A stretch of DNA of 41,943 nt from Candidatus Zixiibacteriota bacterium (GTDB lineage Bacteria; Zixibacteria; MSB-5A5; UBA10806; 4484-95). The notes beneath the pieces are model-generated. The model searched no databases and had not been told where the DNA came from. It worked only from the letters and a program-made list of their open reading frames with translations. The DNA lies in contig JAOZPT010000017.1 in the NCBI GenBank assembly GCA_029932605.1, forward strand, positions 1-41,943, in the 5' to 3' direction. A program made the translations under genes and the position numbers. Shown here piece by piece: positions 28,958 to 38,315 of this stretch; the stretch's first letter is position 1; the number at the start of each line of letters is the position of its first letter.

Positions 28958-31246
28958 TTACTTCAACAAAATCATTTTTTTCGATATGGAAAAATCACCC
29001 GCGGTAATTTTATAAAAATAAATACCACTACTGATATTTTCAGGTTGCCATAAAACAGTATGATTTCCTTCAGGCACATAAGAATCCAGCAGGGTTGTTA
29101 TTTTTCGACCGAGGAGGTCGTAAATATCGATATCAATCTCTGAAGCTTTGGGTAGACTGAAAGAAATATTTGTAGATGAATTGAAAGGGTTAGGGTAATT
29201 CGTCAATTCCACACTTGCAGGGATTCTAACATCATTACCTGTTATACCGGTTGTCGTTCGGGTTATGCTCCAGACTGATCTCATGGTCGTTCCAAGATAC
29301 ATCTTGCATGTATCATCCGATGCAAATGAAAGGCAACCGGTACCATAATTTATATCAAGGTCATGATTAAAGCTTTCCCAACTTTGTCCCCCATCATGAG
29401 ATTGAAAAACTCCTTGATAATTAACATTTACAAAAATATTATTTGTATTTATTGGATTTACCGTAATTCCCGATACATACATAGGTTCAGACCAGGGGAG
29501 ATTATTGGTTATATCAATCCAGCTTATGCCTCCATCTATAGTTTTGTAAAGACCTCCATTATAAACACCGACATATATTATATCACTTTCTTCAGGGTCA
29601 AATTCAATATCACCAATATAAGTGCCAATGGGTAATGGATTAGTATTAGACCAGCAATTTCCACCATCAGTCGATAGGAAAAACATGGTACTGAATCGAC
29701 AACCCACAGCAACAATATATGGATCAGAAGGAGAAACAGAAATGGTAGTATACCAATCAGAAGGCAATCCATTTTGACATAAACGCCATGTTTCGCCTAA
29801 ATCGTCTGAAATAAAAACACCGTTGTCAGAGGCCAGAAAAATTCTCATGTCCTCAATGTTGAAGTATGATATTTCCATATAATGATAATGATTATTACCA
29901 AGAAGATCTTCACCAAAAAAATCCCAGGAGGATCCTGAATTTGTTGAGCGAAAGAATCCAGCAGGGTTGGCCCAGGGGTAGAAGATGTTAGACATATATA
30001 TATTTTGTGGTATATATTTATCAAATTCAACTGTTGCCGGCCGTATATAGGGTATCCCAACATCAACAAATTCCCATGAGACAGAACCATCATAGCTTTT
30101 ATAAAGACCATTGCATGTAGCAACATAAATATAATTGGGATCAAAGGTATTTACAGTTAGATCAGTAACATTGGATAAGAATATATTATTACTTATATTT
30201 TCCCAGTTTTCGCCCTCATCTGTAGATTTATATATTCCGTCGAAATGTGTTCCAAGGTAAATTGTACCGTTAGTTGTGTCAAATTCCAAAGTAGCTGGTT
30301 CTAATACCCTTAGGCCATCGTTTTTTCTCTCCCAGCTAATGCCACCATCTGTACTCCTAAAAACACCGTCCTGCCTGGTGCTAATAAAAACTATATTGTG
30401 ATCATATGGACAAACTTCAACATCCCAGATACAATGTAGTTCCATAAGATTGTTTATATTAATGGGGACCCAATTTACACCACCATCTGTCGTTTTCCAT
30501 AGACAGGATTGGGACTCATTAAAGAAATCGAAGATCGCAAAGTACAGAATATCTGTATAAACTGGATCTATTGCGACATCCATGCCAAAACCTGCGCTGT
30601 CTATATTGCCTTGTATACTAAACCAGTTTTCACCCATATCTGTGCTCTTTAGTATACCCTTTCCAAGGCTTACCGAACCACTTACTAAATACATTATATC
30701 TGGATTCTGGTTATCAATAGCGAAACCATCAACACCTATGGGAGAAGGCAAATTCGGTTCATACCAGCTTTCACCGCTATCGGTAGATTTCTGTAAACTT
30801 GTTGTTGGACCTCCTACAAATATTATATTTGGATATATGGGATTTATAATGAAAGCCCGAAACTGATTTAAAGGATTTTGGGTAGGATACAACAATATCC
30901 ATTCAATACCTGCACTGGTACTTTTATATAATCCCCAATTAGTAGCAGCATATATTGTATCAGGTCCGAAAGGATGAATTTTAACAACACGTATATTAGG
31001 GTATAATATATCTGGTCCAATTTGTATCCAATTTTCACCACCATCGGTGGTTTTATAAGTGCCATCTTCTATTGTTCCAGCATATATAATCTGATTGTTC
31101 TGTGGATTTATAGCTATAGTTACCACACTTCCACCTGTAGGTCCATTCGTTGACCACTGATTTTCATCCGAATGAACTAACGAAAAAAATACAAAAAAAA
31201 TGAAAGCTACTATTTTTATAGGTCTTGGCATGGATATCATAACCAT
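28958..31246 (-). CDS. BNR/VPS10-type beta-propeller protein with T9SS type A-like C-terminal domain
   Basis: Many K(S/T)TDGG..W Asp-boxes; NYPNPFN...IYDLLGR...SGIYFY...KKMILLK. Confidence 0.88.
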   Translation of the reverse strand: MVMISMPRPIKIVAFIFFVFFSLVHSDENQWSTNGPTGGSVVTIAINPQNNQIIYAGTIEDGTYKTTDGGENWIQIGPDILYPNIRVVKIHPFGPDTIYAATNWGLYKSTSAGIEWILLYPTQNPLNQFRAFIINPIYPNIIFVGGPTTSLQKSTDSGESWYEPNLPSPIGVDGFAIDNQNPDIMYLVSGSVSLGKGILKSTDMGENWFSIQGNIDSAGFGMDVAIDPVYTDILYFAIFDFFNESQSCLWKTTDGGVNWVPININNLMELHCIWDVEVCPYDHNIVFISTRQDGVFRSTDGGISWERKNDGLRVLEPATLEFDTTNGTIYLGTHFDGIYKSTDEGENWENISNNIFLSNVTDLTVNTFDPNYIYVATCNGLYKSYDGSVSWEFVDVGIPYIRPATVEFDKYIPQNIYMSNIFYPWANPAGFFRSTNSGSSWDFFGEDLLGNNHYHYMEISYFNIEDMRIFLASDNGVFISDDLGETWRLCQNGLPSDWYTTISVSPSDPYIVAVGCRFSTMFFLSTDGGNCWSNTNPLPIGTYIGDIEFDPEESDIIYVGVYNGGLYKTIDGGISWIDITNNLPWSEPMYVSGITVNPINTNNIFVNVNYQGVFQSHDGGQSWESFNHDLDINYGTGCLSFASDDTCKMYLGTTMRSVWSITRTTTGITGNDVRIPASVELTNYPNPFNSSTNISFSLPKASEIDIDIYDLLGRKITTLLDSYVPEGNHTVLWQPENISSGIYFYKITAGDFSISKKMILLK

Positions 31247-31296
31247 TTATAGCTCCTTTGAAATAAGTTTTATTTTCAAATAGCTTTTTTATAAGT

Positions 31297-31443
31297 TTAG
31301 TCTTCTCTTGGTTTAGAAGCTGAATACCTGGCTTCACCTTTTATTTCTTCAAAGTAGCCTCGTGTAGGTGTAAATACGAGTGATACCCTCATAGTATGTT
31401 CATCACTGGGTCCACAATTCTTTATATCCCAATAATGATAAGA
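31297..31443 (-). pseudogene. Possible 3' fragment of a truncated gene
   Basis: 48 open codons (SYHYWDIKNCGP...SKPRED*) ending 50 nt before the next gene and abutting an IS-like end. Confidence 0.35.
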
Positions 31444-31470
31444 TAATCCTTCCCCGTTTTGCCGGACACT
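31444..31470. mobile_element. IS3-family-like terminal inverted repeat relic
   Basis: TAATCCTTCCCCGTTTTGCCGGACACT resembles the TGA.CC..CCC......GGACAC pattern; no partner end or transposase seen. Confidence 0.45.
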
Positions 31471-31579
31471 AATGATTTTTTATACTAAAAAGTTTCAAAA
31501 ATCTAAGAAACCATAATGAGATTGTAATATTTTAGTTTAATTGTTCCAAAGTTTAAAATTATAAGCTTAATGTCTCCTT

Positions 31580-33154
31580 CTACCACCAGATTTGCCTGCC
31601 ATTATCAATGGTGAAAATCCGTTCCTCCTTATCGGAATCCACAGCCACCAGCCAGTAAAGACATCCGGCGGGGACTCCGTCAAAAACAAGAGGTTTATCA
31701 CCGGCAACTGATTTACCAAGCGACTGCCAACCATCTTCCCAGTAAAACAGTTCATACTCCTGTCCGGGTGAAAGAAAGGTTTTGGCGATTCCGTCGGTTG
31801 AAATTTCCTGTTTTCGGCGAGTGGTGGACACTAACCTGGCTGATATGGTCTTTTCCTTTACGGGTTCCAGTTTTTTAATAGTGCAATCATCACGAAGAAC
31901 AAATGGAGCACCGAAGGGTTCGATCTCCTCATTGATATAAAGCGCCGGAAGATAGGCGATGTCTTTACCCATATCGGTAAAAACCACTGAACAATTCTTG
32001 ATTCTCCCCCAGTGAATCGCTTTCCATTCCCCGGAATTAAAAACACACAGGTAGGCGATGTCCACCGAGTCGGGAACCTCCTGCTTGAACGTTACAGTCA
32101 CATCACAAACATCCACATAGTCAGCAGTGACATCTATGTAGCTTTTACCAGCAAGCCAGCGGGGTATTTTCTCCTGTTTTTTCTCCTGAAAGACGAGATT
32201 TCCTTTTTGCTTACTGAACATCTTTCGATATACCTTGGCCATTTTATTAGCCAGATGATACTTCCCCGGATTTCTTTCCGCACCCATAAACGGGACCACC
32301 TTACCGTCAGGAGTTAAGATTGCATTCCAAGCATGGTTATTCCCGGCATTGGCCCAATATGGTGTATAATCGCTTGTGACAGCCAGACCGTTTGCTCGCA
32401 TGGCATAGATTGCCAAATTCGTCATATCCTCACATCGCCCCATCCGGTTTTTAAGCATTTCAGCTAACCCCTGGTCAGTCGGATGGTAATAATAACGCGG
32501 GTCGAATGAGAACCAGGACTTAATATCGTCATTTATCAAGCTGGCTGCCTCGATAGGATCAGATGGGTTTTTCATGTTACTATCAATATTTTTATACTTC
32601 TCCCAAAAAGTCTCACGCCAGGATTCAAGTGGTTCGTTACTTCCACGATAGGGAAGAATGTATTCGCAAAAACTCTCAAACGAAAGATTTTTTGCCCAGG
32701 GTTTTTCACGCCAGGCTAAAAAAGCGTAATCGATCTGACTAATTAAAAAATCAGCGGTAATAGTTTCCAGATCATTGATCTTTTCTTTTTTCTCAAAATC
32801 AAGTTCACCATGCAAGGCTTCCAGTGTATCCCAGGCCATTTTTAGGGTCTTGTAATCAGGATAATCGAGCGCGTTATAATCGACATGCATTCCAGCTGTA
32901 TCGCAAAGTTCATATGTTGCATAACAGTGCCCCTCCATATTGGCAATTAGGTAGCACGCCGCTTGCAGTTTTAAAGAATCGTCTCCAGCAGCATAGTGGG
33001 ATAGCACATTTTCCAGCTCACCACGGTTGTCACCAGCTATCTTAAGGGCTTTGTTAACCTCTGGTGGATAGGGAGATTTTTTTGCACATCCACTACTAAG
33101 GACAAACAAGAACATCACCAGCAATATAATGACATTTACATTTCTTCCGAGCAT
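31580..33154 (-). CDS. Transglutaminase-like domain lipoprotein
   Basis: GGAGG before ATG 33154; LSSGC lipobox; FCEYILPYR, GRCED, HAWN. Confidence 0.85.
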   Translation of the reverse strand: MLGRNVNVIILLVMFLFVLSSGCAKKSPYPPEVNKALKIAGDNRGELENVLSHYAAGDDSLKLQAACYLIANMEGHCYATYELCDTAGMHVDYNALDYPDYKTLKMAWDTLEALHGELDFEKKEKINDLETITADFLISQIDYAFLAWREKPWAKNLSFESFCEYILPYRGSNEPLESWRETFWEKYKNIDSNMKNPSDPIEAASLINDDIKSWFSFDPRYYYHPTDQGLAEMLKNRMGRCEDMTNLAIYAMRANGLAVTSDYTPYWANAGNNHAWNAILTPDGKVVPFMGAERNPGKYHLANKMAKVYRKMFSKQKGNLVFQEKKQEKIPRWLAGKSYIDVTADYVDVCDVTVTFKQEVPDSVDIAYLCVFNSGEWKAIHWGRIKNCSVVFTDMGKDIAYLPALYINEEIEPFGAPFVLRDDCTIKKLEPVKEKTISARLVSTTRRKQEISTDGIAKTFLSPGQEYELFYWEDGWQSLGKSVAGDKPLVFDGVPAGCLYWLVAVDSDKEERIFTIDNGRQIWW

Positions 33155-33337
33155 CTTTACCTCCACGTGTGTTTTCCCAACGGGCTTTAGGCGTTAAATA
33201 TATAGAATAAAATATAAGGATATTATAACAAGCTTTTTTTCAAAAATATTATATCTTTCTCTAATTCACTGTTTAAGCAAAAGCTCTAACCGAACTTAAG
33301 GTTAAAACTCAAATCAATATACTAACAGCAACCAGAG

Positions 33338-33368
33338 AAAAAGCCGCCCCGATAAAAGAGCGACTTTT
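33338..33368 (-). terminator. Intrinsic terminator (possibly bidirectional)
   Basis: Minus strand AAAAGTCGCTC-loop-GGGCGGCTTTTT, just after the stop at 33385. Confidence 0.65.
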
Positions 33369-33384
33369 ATAATGGCCACCCGGA

Positions 33385-34428
33385 TCATTCAAGCTCAGCC
33401 AGTAAAGGCCTAATGATTAACAACTGTTCCGGTCGAAGGATTTCCTCCTTTCCTTTTAGTTTGAATATTCCTCTATTACGGGTGGCTACTATGATATCAC
33501 TATAATCTTTAAAAAGGCCTATAATCTGCACGTCTTCGAAATCAGGCACAATTTTCAAAGAATCATTAGCGAATACGAATAATCCCTGCTGGGTACCAAC
33601 ATAGGTTTTAAGCACCATTGGCAAGAAGCAGTTAACCTCGTAAACCTCGCTTGAGTCGCCAATATAAAGCTGTTTCCAGCATCCACCATCATAACGGAAT
33701 ATCCCCGAGGGAGTCCCCACCCAGAGAAAAGGATAGCTGTAAGTTAGTGCATTAACGAAATCGAATATTGAGGTATCTCTGATAAGATAGCGCCTTTGCC
33801 ACCTTTCGCCATCAAATCGCCAGAGCCCATCACCGAATGTGCCCACCCACAATCCACCGATATCCTCTGCCAGGGCAGTGACGAGGATACCCTCCCTGAA
33901 AATTGTGGCCTCTTTATCCTGAGCATAGAAATAAAGACCGTTATTTGTGCCGGCAAGATAACCCTCACCGAAAGGGATAATTACATTTACAGGGGAGTCG
34001 AAATCATATTCGCTATAGACCTCAAGATAATCCTTGCCGGTAATGAGTAATTTGTTGCCCCCGATAATCGCCCTGTCATTTTCGAAGAAAATACAGTTTA
34101 ACTGTAAAGCATTAATATCAAGCTTGTTAATATCAGGCTCTGTCCAACCGGCGCTATCACGCACGATCGTATGAAGTTTCTTGCCGGCACACACCGCGAG
34201 TTTCCCCGGTTGGTGGAATACGTCATCGATCTCAGGCAGATAGACCTGAGGCGTTTGTTGCAAGATCGATATACCGGCTGTGTCAGCTGGTTCAGCCTTA
34301 GCCTGAACAGACATAACTTTTGGCTTTTTCTTCAGCGAAAGGCCAACGATTAAAGTGGTTGCCAGCACTGAGATTACAATTAACGTAACTAATTGACCCT
34401 GCGGGGAAGATTTTTGAATGCTTTTCAT
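33385..34428 (-). CDS. Membrane-anchored beta-propeller protein
   Basis: AAGGAGG RBS; single N-terminal TM; LWVGTFGDGLWRFDG and LWVGTPSGIFRYDG repeats. Confidence 0.78.
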   Translation of the reverse strand: MKSIQKSSPQGQLVTLIVISVLATTLIVGLSLKKKPKVMSVQAKAEPADTAGISILQQTPQVYLPEIDDVFHQPGKLAVCAGKKLHTIVRDSAGWTEPDINKLDINALQLNCIFFENDRAIIGGNKLLITGKDYLEVYSEYDFDSPVNVIIPFGEGYLAGTNNGLYFYAQDKEATIFREGILVTALAEDIGGLWVGTFGDGLWRFDGERWQRRYLIRDTSIFDFVNALTYSYPFLWVGTPSGIFRYDGGCWKQLYIGDSSEVYEVNCFLPMVLKTYVGTQQGLFVFANDSLKIVPDFEDVQIIGLFKDYSDIIVATRNRGIFKLKGKEEILRPEQLLIIRPLLAELE

Positions 34429-34479
34429 CTTTTTTACCTCCTTTACTGAGTTTTTTATTGTTTCCAGCTTATTATTTAA

Positions 34480-34494
34480 ACAAAGTCCATGCCA
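34480..34494 (-). promoter_or_regulatory. Candidate sigma54 -24/-12 promoter
   Basis: TGGCATGGACTTTGT = GG-N10-GT against consensus TGGCAC-N5-TTGC. Confidence 0.55.
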
Positions 34495-34500
34495 GGAGGT

Positions 34501-34513
34501 TAACTTGCTGATA
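34501..34513 (-). promoter_or_regulatory. IHF-like site
   Basis: TATCAGCAAGTTA matches WATCAR-N4-TTR. Confidence 0.5.
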
Positions 34514-34549
34514 CTTGAGCAGAAGGCTTTATGGCAGGTCGGAAAAAGT

Positions 34550-34586
34550 GTGTCAAAACAATCGTTTTCGTGTCAATTTGGAAACA
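34550..34586. promoter_or_regulatory. Candidate enhancer (UAS) for a sigma54 activator
   Basis: GTGTCAA twice at 20-bp spacing; second copy forms TGT-N10-ACA. Confidence 0.5.
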
Positions 34587-34756
34587 TATAAGATATTTAT
34601 AAAACAAGAAACGATAAGGAACATGTTTTTCGATTCTTCATTTTAAATAATATCTGAAACAACAACTAACAAAACTGGTAAAATCCTATGCGGGTTTTGT
34701 ATTGCTATTACGTTATTGGAGCTCGTTACATCTATACATTAAAGCTCCAACAAACC

Positions 34757-34786
34757 TTGACGGACGATATGATATCAACATATACT
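34757..34786 (+). promoter_or_regulatory. sigma70-type promoter for the SBP-HK-RR operon
   Basis: TTGACG-N18-TATACT followed by an AAAGGAG RBS. Confidence 0.65.
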
Positions 34787-34805
34787 TGCAGGAAAGGAGT
34801 GATAG

Positions 34806-36587
34806 TTGCGAAAATTTTTAATTGTTTTTTTTATCTTGATGATATCAGCCCAATTCGTTTCAGCAGATACCAATATTCATGTAACAGGTAAGATTATCCT
34901 TAAAAAAAACAAACGCCTATATATAGATAAAGGCAGAACTGACGGCGTTAAGGTAGGCCAGAAATTCGATATTATTTATGATAATCAATATTATGGCAGT
35001 GGTATCATAGCCTGGACAGGTGAGGACATTTCCTATTCCCGTGTTGATTCACTGGTATTTTATCGACTCCTTTATTATGAACCTTTGGAGGTCAAGATAC
35101 TTCTTGAATATCCACTTAAATCTCAAGGTGGTGTAATACATATGCCGTTTTATAGAAGCCTTAATTTGAAACCCTCAGAGATAAAAACTCCTATCGAAAA
35201 AACTGTTGCCTGTTTGATTTACGATGGTTTAGTAAAACTTGATAATCAGGGACAGATTATACCAGCCTTAGCCAATTCCTGGGAAGTTCATGGCAACACA
35301 TATACATTTTATCTCGATCATACGGTGCGGTTTCATTCCGGTAAACCGATTGATGCTTCTGACGTAGCTTATTCTCTAGTAGAGCTGGCAAAGGCTCCCG
35401 ATGTTACGCCGGCATCCTCTTTTGTCCTTGAAATATATGGTTATGAAGATGTCCACTTTGGGGGGAAGAACGAGCTAAAGGGTATATTTATACCTAATAA
35501 ATATACGATAGCCATAACCACTAAAGATACTTTTGTGCCGTTTTTGAAATATTTGGCCGGCCCCGGAGGTTATATAATTCCAGCTGTCGATAGAACAAAA
35601 ACGCTACCGACACCTATCGGTACTGGTCCGTTTAAGATTGCCTCAGCTAGGGAAGATGTTATAACCCTGGTGGCAAACGAGGAATATTTCGGGACACCAC
35701 CTACTTTAGACAGCTTAGTTTTAATCAGATATAAAGATCGCAAAGAAGTCGCCTTGGATTTTGAACTTGGAAAAATAGACCTGTTCTTTTTCGATTCAGC
35801 CACCGAGAGGGATTACCTCAGTAATGGCAATTACACAGCGCGCAAGTATTATACAAGTTCAACGGTTATGCTCGGATTCCAGTGCCAGCGACAGTATCAA
35901 AAAGATTTTAAGCTGTCAAGAGCCTTACAGTACCTATTCGATAAGGAAAGTATTGTCAGGGTACTTCTTGGGAATGCTGCCCAAAAAGCCACCGGTTTAA
36001 TACCACAAACAATTGGGGAAGGTTCATCTAACATAACAAACTATTATTTTTCAGTAAAGGAGGCTAAAGAAAAAATAAGTCGTATAGATGGCATACCCTC
36101 TGAACTGAATCTATTTTTTGACGACACCGATCCCATGTTGGAACCTGTTGCCGGATATATCGCGGGGCAACTTCGACAAGTCGGAATAAAGACGATAACT
36201 AAAAACACAAGTAAATACCAACTTGACCGGCAATCAGCCTTAAGCTTGTTAGACTTATATCTTTTTAGATACGATGTACCTATAGGTGATCTCGATGCGT
36301 TCTTCTACCCGCTGTTTTCGAAACGATTAAACGGTCAAACCAACTTTTTCTATTATGAAAACCCTCAGCTTGAGAAACTCATTGATGGTGCTCGCCGTCT
36401 CGATGATGAATACACTCGTAATGATATCTACCGGAAAGCCGAAAATCTGATTATGGAAAAACCTCCATTGGTGGTTCTATATTACCCGATTATGACTGTT
36501 ATCTCAAGGCGAGATTTATACGGTTTTGAAGCCGATTTATCTGCCTTTATAAACCTTCGACAAGCTTATTATCAGGCTGGCAGGTGA
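34806..36587 (+). CDS. Family 5 (OppA/DppA-like) solute-binding protein with an extra N-terminal beta domain
   Basis: Signal peptide; IYDGLV...PALANSW...YTFYL...FHSG..IDASDVAYS; PIGTGPF. Confidence 0.88.
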   Translation: MRKFLIVFFILMISAQFVSADTNIHVTGKIILKKNKRLYIDKGRTDGVKVGQKFDIIYDNQYYGSGIIAWTGEDISYSRVDSLVFYRLLYYEPLEVKILLEYPLKSQGGVIHMPFYRSLNLKPSEIKTPIEKTVACLIYDGLVKLDNQGQIIPALANSWEVHGNTYTFYLDHTVRFHSGKPIDASDVAYSLVELAKAPDVTPASSFVLEIYGYEDVHFGGKNELKGIFIPNKYTIAITTKDTFVPFLKYLAGPGGYIIPAVDRTKTLPTPIGTGPFKIASAREDVITLVANEEYFGTPPTLDSLVLIRYKDRKEVALDFELGKIDLFFFDSATERDYLSNGNYTARKYYTSSTVMLGFQCQRQYQKDFKLSRALQYLFDKESIVRVLLGNAAQKATGLIPQTIGEGSSNITNYYFSVKEAKEKISRIDGIPSELNLFFDDTDPMLEPVAGYIAGQLRQVGIKTITKNTSKYQLDRQSALSLLDLYLFRYDVPIGDLDAFFYPLFSKRLNGQTNFFYYENPQLEKLIDGARRLDDEYTRNDIYRKAENLIMEKPPLVVLYYPIMTVISRRDLYGFEADLSAFINLRQAYYQAGR

Positions 36588-36588
36588 C

Positions 36589-38310
36589 ATGCGCAAAAAG
36601 ATTTTTTTGGTGTTGTTGATTGCCTCGGTTTTACCCTTTATCGGTGTCACCACAGTTCTGCATTTCGTTACTGTCGAACAACAGCAGGACCTTGCCCAAA
36701 AAAGGTTATCGATGGTGATAAGCGGTGTTGTCAGCTCGTATGACCGGACAGCAGCCGGTATTTTAGCTCAGGTCAGGACGTTGGCTTCAAACGATGAGTT
36801 AACCCGCACTCTGCTCTTGACAGATGAGATAGGTTTTATAGACCAACCAGCACTGATTAAATCGACAGTCAACTATATGAATCTTTTAAACCTTGATTAC
36901 CTGATAGTTACAGGTCCCCATGGTAAAGTTCTTGCACAGGGCCATGAACCAATCATGTTCGGGTTTTCCATCGCCGAGGAACCAATTATAAACGAAGCCC
37001 TTTTGGGACAACAGGTCCATTCCCTTGGCATACGAGAAATAGAAGGTAAACCCAAGATGATGATGATGGCGGTTGCACCTGTGTGGTTCAAGGATAGAGT
37101 CATTGGCGTTGTGGCGGGCGGTGTAATTATCGACGAGGCTTACCTTGAGGACCTTAAGGGACTTGCTGGGGCCGAGCTGATATTAGTCAGGGACGACGTT
37201 ATCGAGGCAAGCACCATTCCGGGAAAAGCAGAAGAGATAAAACTTAAAATAAAGGGTGGAGATATTTATACAACCGAACTCAGGGACATCCCATATAATT
37301 TCTGTTTATTCCCTTTAGTCGACTTCACCGATGAGAAAATCGCCAATCTTTTAATCGGCGTTAGCACATATGATTTGAAGACCGCTTTTAATAAAGCCTC
37401 GCTTATTTTTATTTTGTTTGCCGGAGGCGGATTTATTCTGGCCTTTGTACTGGCATGGGGATTTGCCCACAAAATCAGCAAGCCGATCACCATGCTGGCA
37501 GGTGTGGCATCGCGCATGGCGACCGGTGATTTCGAGGTTGACGTAAAAACCAATCGCTCGGATGAAATCGGCCAGTTGATAGCGAGTTTCAATTCCATGG
37601 CTGCTGATTTGAAAGAGTACCACCAGAAATTAATAGATTCTGAAAGGATGACGGCTTTCACGCAGATGGCTCAAAAAGTCGCCCATGAGATTAAAAATCC
37701 GCTGACACCCATACAAGTTTCGATTCAGGATCTCAGGAGGTCTTATAATAATAACGATAAAGATTTTCCTGAAATATTAAAAAAGTCTTGCAACACGGTT
37801 TTGGAGGAGGTCTCGACACTTTTAAAAATTGTACGTGAGTTCTCGGAGTTCGCTCGCTTTCCCAAACCACAATTTGACAGAGAGGATCTCAACGAGCTGG
37901 TCGACTCTCTAGCCTCCCTTTATTCAGCCGATAAACAGGCCAACCGTTTGGTGATACATCTATCCGACCGAAAACTATCTGTCGATGTTGACCGGGACCA
38001 GATTAAGCGGGCGGTGCATAATGTATTGAAAAATGCCCTTGAGGCGACCGGACAAACCGGTAAAGTTGAACTGACAACATACGAAGAAAATAGTTTTGCA
38101 GTCATTCAGATAACAGATAATGGACCGGGATTCTCCCCGCAGGCAAAAAAGAACCTCTTCTCCCCTTACTTTACAACAAAACCCAAGGGCAGTGGTCTCG
38201 GGCTGGTCATTGCAAAAAAAATAATAACTGAACATAACGGCACAATCCATATAGATGATAATGCTAATGGTGGAACGGTTGTTAAGATTAAGTTGAGAAT
38301 TGCCGGATAA
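36589..38310 (+). CDS. Sensor histidine kinase (Cache-like, HAMP, HisKA, HATPase; NtrY-like)
   Basis: Two TMs, DEIGQL..SFNSM, AHEIKNPLTPI, KNALEA, DNGPG, GSGLGL. Confidence 0.93.
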   Translation: MRKKIFLVLLIASVLPFIGVTTVLHFVTVEQQQDLAQKRLSMVISGVVSSYDRTAAGILAQVRTLASNDELTRTLLLTDEIGFIDQPALIKSTVNYMNLLNLDYLIVTGPHGKVLAQGHEPIMFGFSIAEEPIINEALLGQQVHSLGIREIEGKPKMMMMAVAPVWFKDRVIGVVAGGVIIDEAYLEDLKGLAGAELILVRDDVIEASTIPGKAEEIKLKIKGGDIYTTELRDIPYNFCLFPLVDFTDEKIANLLIGVSTYDLKTAFNKASLIFILFAGGGFILAFVLAWGFAHKISKPITMLAGVASRMATGDFEVDVKTNRSDEIGQLIASFNSMAADLKEYHQKLIDSERMTAFTQMAQKVAHEIKNPLTPIQVSIQDLRRSYNNNDKDFPEILKKSCNTVLEEVSTLLKIVREFSEFARFPKPQFDREDLNELVDSLASLYSADKQANRLVIHLSDRKLSVDVDRDQIKRAVHNVLKNALEATGQTGKVELTTYEENSFAVIQITDNGPGFSPQAKKNLFSPYFTTKPKGSGLGLVIAKKIITEHNGTIHIDDNANGGTVVKIKLRIAG

Positions 38311-38315
38311 GCGAT

